Shown: piece by piece, positions 60,953 to 64,000 of the stretch | How the letters are laid out: the number at the start of each line of letters is the position of its first letter | Position numbering within the stretch: position 1 is the stretch's first letter | From: a candidate division FCPU426 bacterium | Lineage (GTDB): Bacteria > Oederibacteriota > Muellerivitia > Muellerivitales > Muellerivitaceae | DNA length: 64,000 nucleotides | Direction of reading: 5' to 3' | NCBI GenBank assembly: GCA_963771075.1 | Contig: CAVYSE010000024.1 | Span: 1-64,000, forward strand | Translations under genes and position numbers: made by a program | Notes under the pieces: model-generated | Seen by the model: the letters and a program-made list of their open reading frames with translations, nothing else | Database searches by the model: none | Told to the model about the DNA's origin: nothing

Positions 60953-63154
60953 ATGATTAGCCTTCGGAAATTACATAACAAGACAGCCCTGGCGCTGCTA
61001 GGCTTGGCCTTGTCCCTCAGTCTGCCGGCTTTCGCCGACCACGGCCCCTTGGCCTCGACCCAGCGCGACGGCTGGATCGACGCAAGCTTGCAGGAACTGG
61101 TCCTGGCAGGATGGGTTACCCGGCCGGACGCTCCCCTCGGAAGTTTGACCAATTTGGAGGTGGCCCAGCTGACCGCCCAAGCGGCCCAGCAGGTGAACGC
61201 CTTGCCCCCTTCCGCCACGCCCGGCACCTCCGCGGCGGGAAGGAGCTTGAATGATTTGTTGGATGAGTTCGACGTGGAGCTTTCCGCCATGGATATCCAG
61301 GTATCCCAATTGGAGGACCGCTTGAACGGCGCCGAGCGCCTCAACGAGAAACTCGCCACCCTGCAGGCCCAGTACCTACGTGAGACCGGGACCCAGCTCT
61401 CCGGGTCTTCCCGCTCCTACTTCGACACCTACCGGGGCTTCGGGCCCAATGCCATTTATGGCCCGATGGATTTCAACGACATCTTCATCGCCGACCTGAA
61501 GCTCCGCAGTGTACCCGTACCTTTCGTGCTATTCGACGCCGATATCCGCATGACCCGCACCATCGGTTTCATCTACGGCGACCCCATCACCCCCAATTAC
61601 GACATGCGCTGGCTTTCCCTAAGCAGCGTGAACGACGTGGTCGATTTCACCGCTGGCGATTTCTACCGCCACTACACCCCCCTCACCCTTTGGAACAACG
61701 AAGTCCCCGTCTATACCTTCATCGAACCGACCTCCTATTACCGCGCCCGGAAGGATACGGAGGAATTGGTCTACATGGACCATGGGCCCGATTGGCACCT
61801 GCGGGGCCTGCAAGCCGCCACCGACCAGGAAGTGCTGGACGATCCCATCTTCAGTTCATTCCACCTGCAGGCCATGGGCGGGGAATTGAGCACCGCCTCC
61901 ATCATCTCCTTCGGCAACAACTACGCGGGTGGGGAAGCCTCCCTGGGCCTTTTCGCGGATTGCATGGAAATCAAGGGTGCGGGCATCATGCTCTGGAACG
62001 ACCCCGGCACGGAGGACTTGGTCTATGACCCCGCCAACCCCTCCACCTTCGCCCGCCAGTACCAGGTGGGCAGCCTTTCCTCGAGCGTGGCCATCCCCCT
62101 GCAAAAGGGTGTGACATTGACGGGTTCGGGCGAATACGCCCAAAGCTACTACCAGGATGATTCCAACAACACCGCGACCACCTATAACGATTGGGCCGTC
62201 CTGGCCCATGGGGGTATCGACGTGGAGGGAGTGCATTTGGGCGTGAAATATCTTTCCAACGGCCCCGACTTCTTCTCTCCCGGCGCCCAGACCAACCAAT
62301 ATTCATCCTTGTGGGGTAGCAACCTGCCCGGATATTTAAGCAACAACCAAAACCTCGACGACGGCCTGTTCGGCTACTTGAACGGCTATGTTTTCCAAAA
62401 CGTGTCCCGCCCCACCTTTGCGGCCTACGACCGCATGGCCGAAAACGCTTTGCCCTACGGGGACGCCACGCCGAACCGCGAGGGTTATGTGCTGGGTTTT
62501 TCAGGGGATATCGGGAAGGGAGGCTGGGTGAAACCCCAGGCCTCCTACCTGTTGGACATGCGTGAAATCCAGCCCGACTACGTATTGACCGGAGCGGGGC
62601 AGGACGTGCTTCCGGTGGATAGCGCCAAGGCCCAGACGAATACCCGTTCCTTTTCGGGTTATGAGGGCGCCCTCTCACTGGACATGGCCAAGGGCATCAG
62701 CGGCCTGCCGCCCACCTGTGACGTGGCTTTCGATTACAAGCACCAGGAAACCGATTTAGGGCTGGGAGCTCCGCCCTTTACGGTGGATACCTATATTGTT
62801 TGCGCGGACGCGGGGCCGTTTCCGCAGATCCCGCTTTTGGAGGGATTGACCCTTTCGGGCGCTTTTGAGCAGGCCCAATCCAGCGGGAACGAATACACCT
62901 TGGATACTGGCCAAGAAAATCCGCCTGTCGACGCGGCCTATTCGGCCATCGTGAACAACACTTTCTTGGGACAATATGCCTACACGCCTTTGAACATCAC
63001 GCGCACCTCCTATGCCTTCGGGGCCCGTTGCCCCATCGGCACGACCTTCGAGATCCACGCGGATTGGTTCTATAACCAGTACACCTGGAGCGACGTTCCC
63101 GGTTTCGACCGGCGGGAACAGATTTGGAGGTTGACCTATGAAGTCAGCTTCTAA
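60953..63154 (+). CDS. Outer-membrane protein: SLH-like N-domain, coiled coil, probable beta-barrel
   Basis: AFA| signal; LQELVLAGWV…LTNLEVAQL; LLDEFDVELSAM…LEDRL; AGDFYRHYTPLTLW; C-terminal RLTYEVSF. Confidence 0.75.
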   Translation: MISLRKLHNKTALALLGLALSLSLPAFADHGPLASTQRDGWIDASLQELVLAGWVTRPDAPLGSLTNLEVAQLTAQAAQQVNALPPSATPGTSAAGRSLNDLLDEFDVELSAMDIQVSQLEDRLNGAERLNEKLATLQAQYLRETGTQLSGSSRSYFDTYRGFGPNAIYGPMDFNDIFIADLKLRSVPVPFVLFDADIRMTRTIGFIYGDPITPNYDMRWLSLSSVNDVVDFTAGDFYRHYTPLTLWNNEVPVYTFIEPTSYYRARKDTEELVYMDHGPDWHLRGLQAATDQEVLDDPIFSSFHLQAMGGELSTASIISFGNNYAGGEASLGLFADCMEIKGAGIMLWNDPGTEDLVYDPANPSTFARQYQVGSLSSSVAIPLQKGVTLTGSGEYAQSYYQDDSNNTATTYNDWAVLAHGGIDVEGVHLGVKYLSNGPDFFSPGAQTNQYSSLWGSNLPGYLSNNQNLDDGLFGYLNGYVFQNVSRPTFAAYDRMAENALPYGDATPNREGYVLGFSGDIGKGGWVKPQASYLLDMREIQPDYVLTGAGQDVLPVDSAKAQTNTRSFSGYEGALSLDMAKGISGLPPTCDVAFDYKHQETDLGLGAPPFTVDTYIVCADAGPFPQIPLLEGLTLSGAFEQAQSSGNEYTLDTGQENPPVDAAYSAIVNNTFLGQYAYTPLNITRTSYAFGARCPIGTTFEIHADWFYNQYTWSDVPGFDRREQIWRLTYEVSF

Positions 63155-64000
63155 AACCTTCCCACCACGCAAGCTCCTAGGCGCAGGTAACCCCAAGGTT
63201 CTGGGATTTTTAATGATGGGTTGCTTGGTGACCGCCCAACTGATCCACGCGGCGACTGACCAGAGCCTTTTTACGGTGGTGCCGGCAAACGATCCGGTCT
63301 ATGGACAACTTCACCAGTTATCCGAGGCACAGCTTCTTTCCCCCTCGGAGGTGAACCCGCCCCTGACCCGTTTTGACGTGGCGCAGGACATCCTGCAGGC
63401 GCGTGACCGATATGACGCGATCGTGGTGGCGGATGCCTCCACTGCTTCGAGCGCCCCGGCGGCGAATGCCTCCGCGGCGAAGGGCTCCGTGGCGAACGCC
63501 ACCCTGGTGAAGGCTCCCTCGGTGGTGTACAAGGCGGGTGTGGTATTGCACAACCTGGAGGAAACCTACCGTTATGAGCTCTCCCAACTGCGGGAGAGCG
63601 TCCGAAAACTGGCCGCTTCGTTGGACGACCTGGATGCCCAGGAATATGCCATCCGTAAAAGGGTGAAGGGCATCGAACAATATCCCACCATCGCCATCCA
63701 CGGCCTGGGCAGGGCCTTCGGGTTGACCCAGCAATACACGGGAGATTATTCGGGGCTGTATTTCCCCCAACCCGGTTTCCGAATGACCACCGGCTACCTG
63801 GACCTGGAGCCGGAGGCGGTCGTCACCAAGGAGATCAAATTCTCCAGCGTGATACGGGCGGAGACCAATTTTTCCTCCCAGCCGATCAACGCGGAACAGT
63901 CGGGGAACAACTTCATCCTAACCTTCCGGCGCATGACACTGGAATTCAACCCGCCTTGGCTTTCCTCCACATTCGGCGATTTCGAGGAGTCCTATACGCC
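63138..64000 (+). CDS. Third SLH-like/coiled-coil outer-membrane protein, truncated by window edge
   Basis: Not in the ORF track. ATG at 63138 after GGAGG gives a signal peptide, FTVVPANDPVYGQLHQLSEAQLL…LTRFDVAQ, a coiled coil (LEETYRYELSQLRESVRKL) and FGDFEESYT. Confidence 0.75.
   Translation, partial: MKSASKTFPPRKLLGAGNPKVLGFLMMGCLVTAQLIHAATDQSLFTVVPANDPVYGQLHQLSEAQLLSPSEVNPPLTRFDVAQDILQARDRYDAIVVADASTASSAPAANASAAKGSVANATLVKAPSVVYKAGVVLHNLEETYRYELSQLRESVRKLAASLDDLDAQEYAIRKRVKGIEQYPTIAIHGLGRAFGLTQQYTGDYSGLYFPQPGFRMTTGYLDLEPEAVVTKEIKFSSVIRAETNFSSQPINAEQSGNNFILTFRRMTLEFNPPWLSSTFGDFEESYT

Overview
A 64-kb bacterial chromosomal segment from an apparently diderm organism; it encodes lipoproteins, probable outer-membrane barrels and many Thr/Pro-linker secreted proteins. 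I cannot assign the taxon from sequence alone. I found no rRNA, tRNA, CRISPR array or transposase. (1) 1-12 kb: two tandem TMTC-like membrane glycosyltransferase-TPR genes, trpB2, a type IV pilin, a ROK/polyphosphate glucokinase and an RluA-family synthase. (2) 12-21.6 kb: a phosphate/polyphosphate block with a PHP phosphoesterase, PhoB/PhoR, 11-bp-phased Pho-box-like repeats, a membrane-anchored PAD-like pentein enzyme, a PAP2 phosphatase, and ppx followed by two translationally coupled thymidylate-kinase-fold genes. One of these has a degenerate P-loop, making the pair a candidate bacterial heteromeric polyphosphate kinase. (3) mreBCD. (4) ~25-64 kb: a large glycan-utilisation locus. Its enzymes (GH44, GH31, GH2, GH29, GH3, O-acetylesterase) match what is needed to dismantle fucogalacto-xyloglucan. 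It has XylFGH, CBM-bearing lipoproteins and three tandem SLH-like/coiled-coil/beta-barrel proteins, with no SusC/SusD visible. A small insert (dead toxin, antitoxin, XRE gene) lies between two copies of the xylG 3' end. Several REP-like repeat families occur, one copy in frame inside the GH31 gene. Seven single-base frameshifts, mostly in homopolymers and including mreC/mreD, look like sequencing errors.
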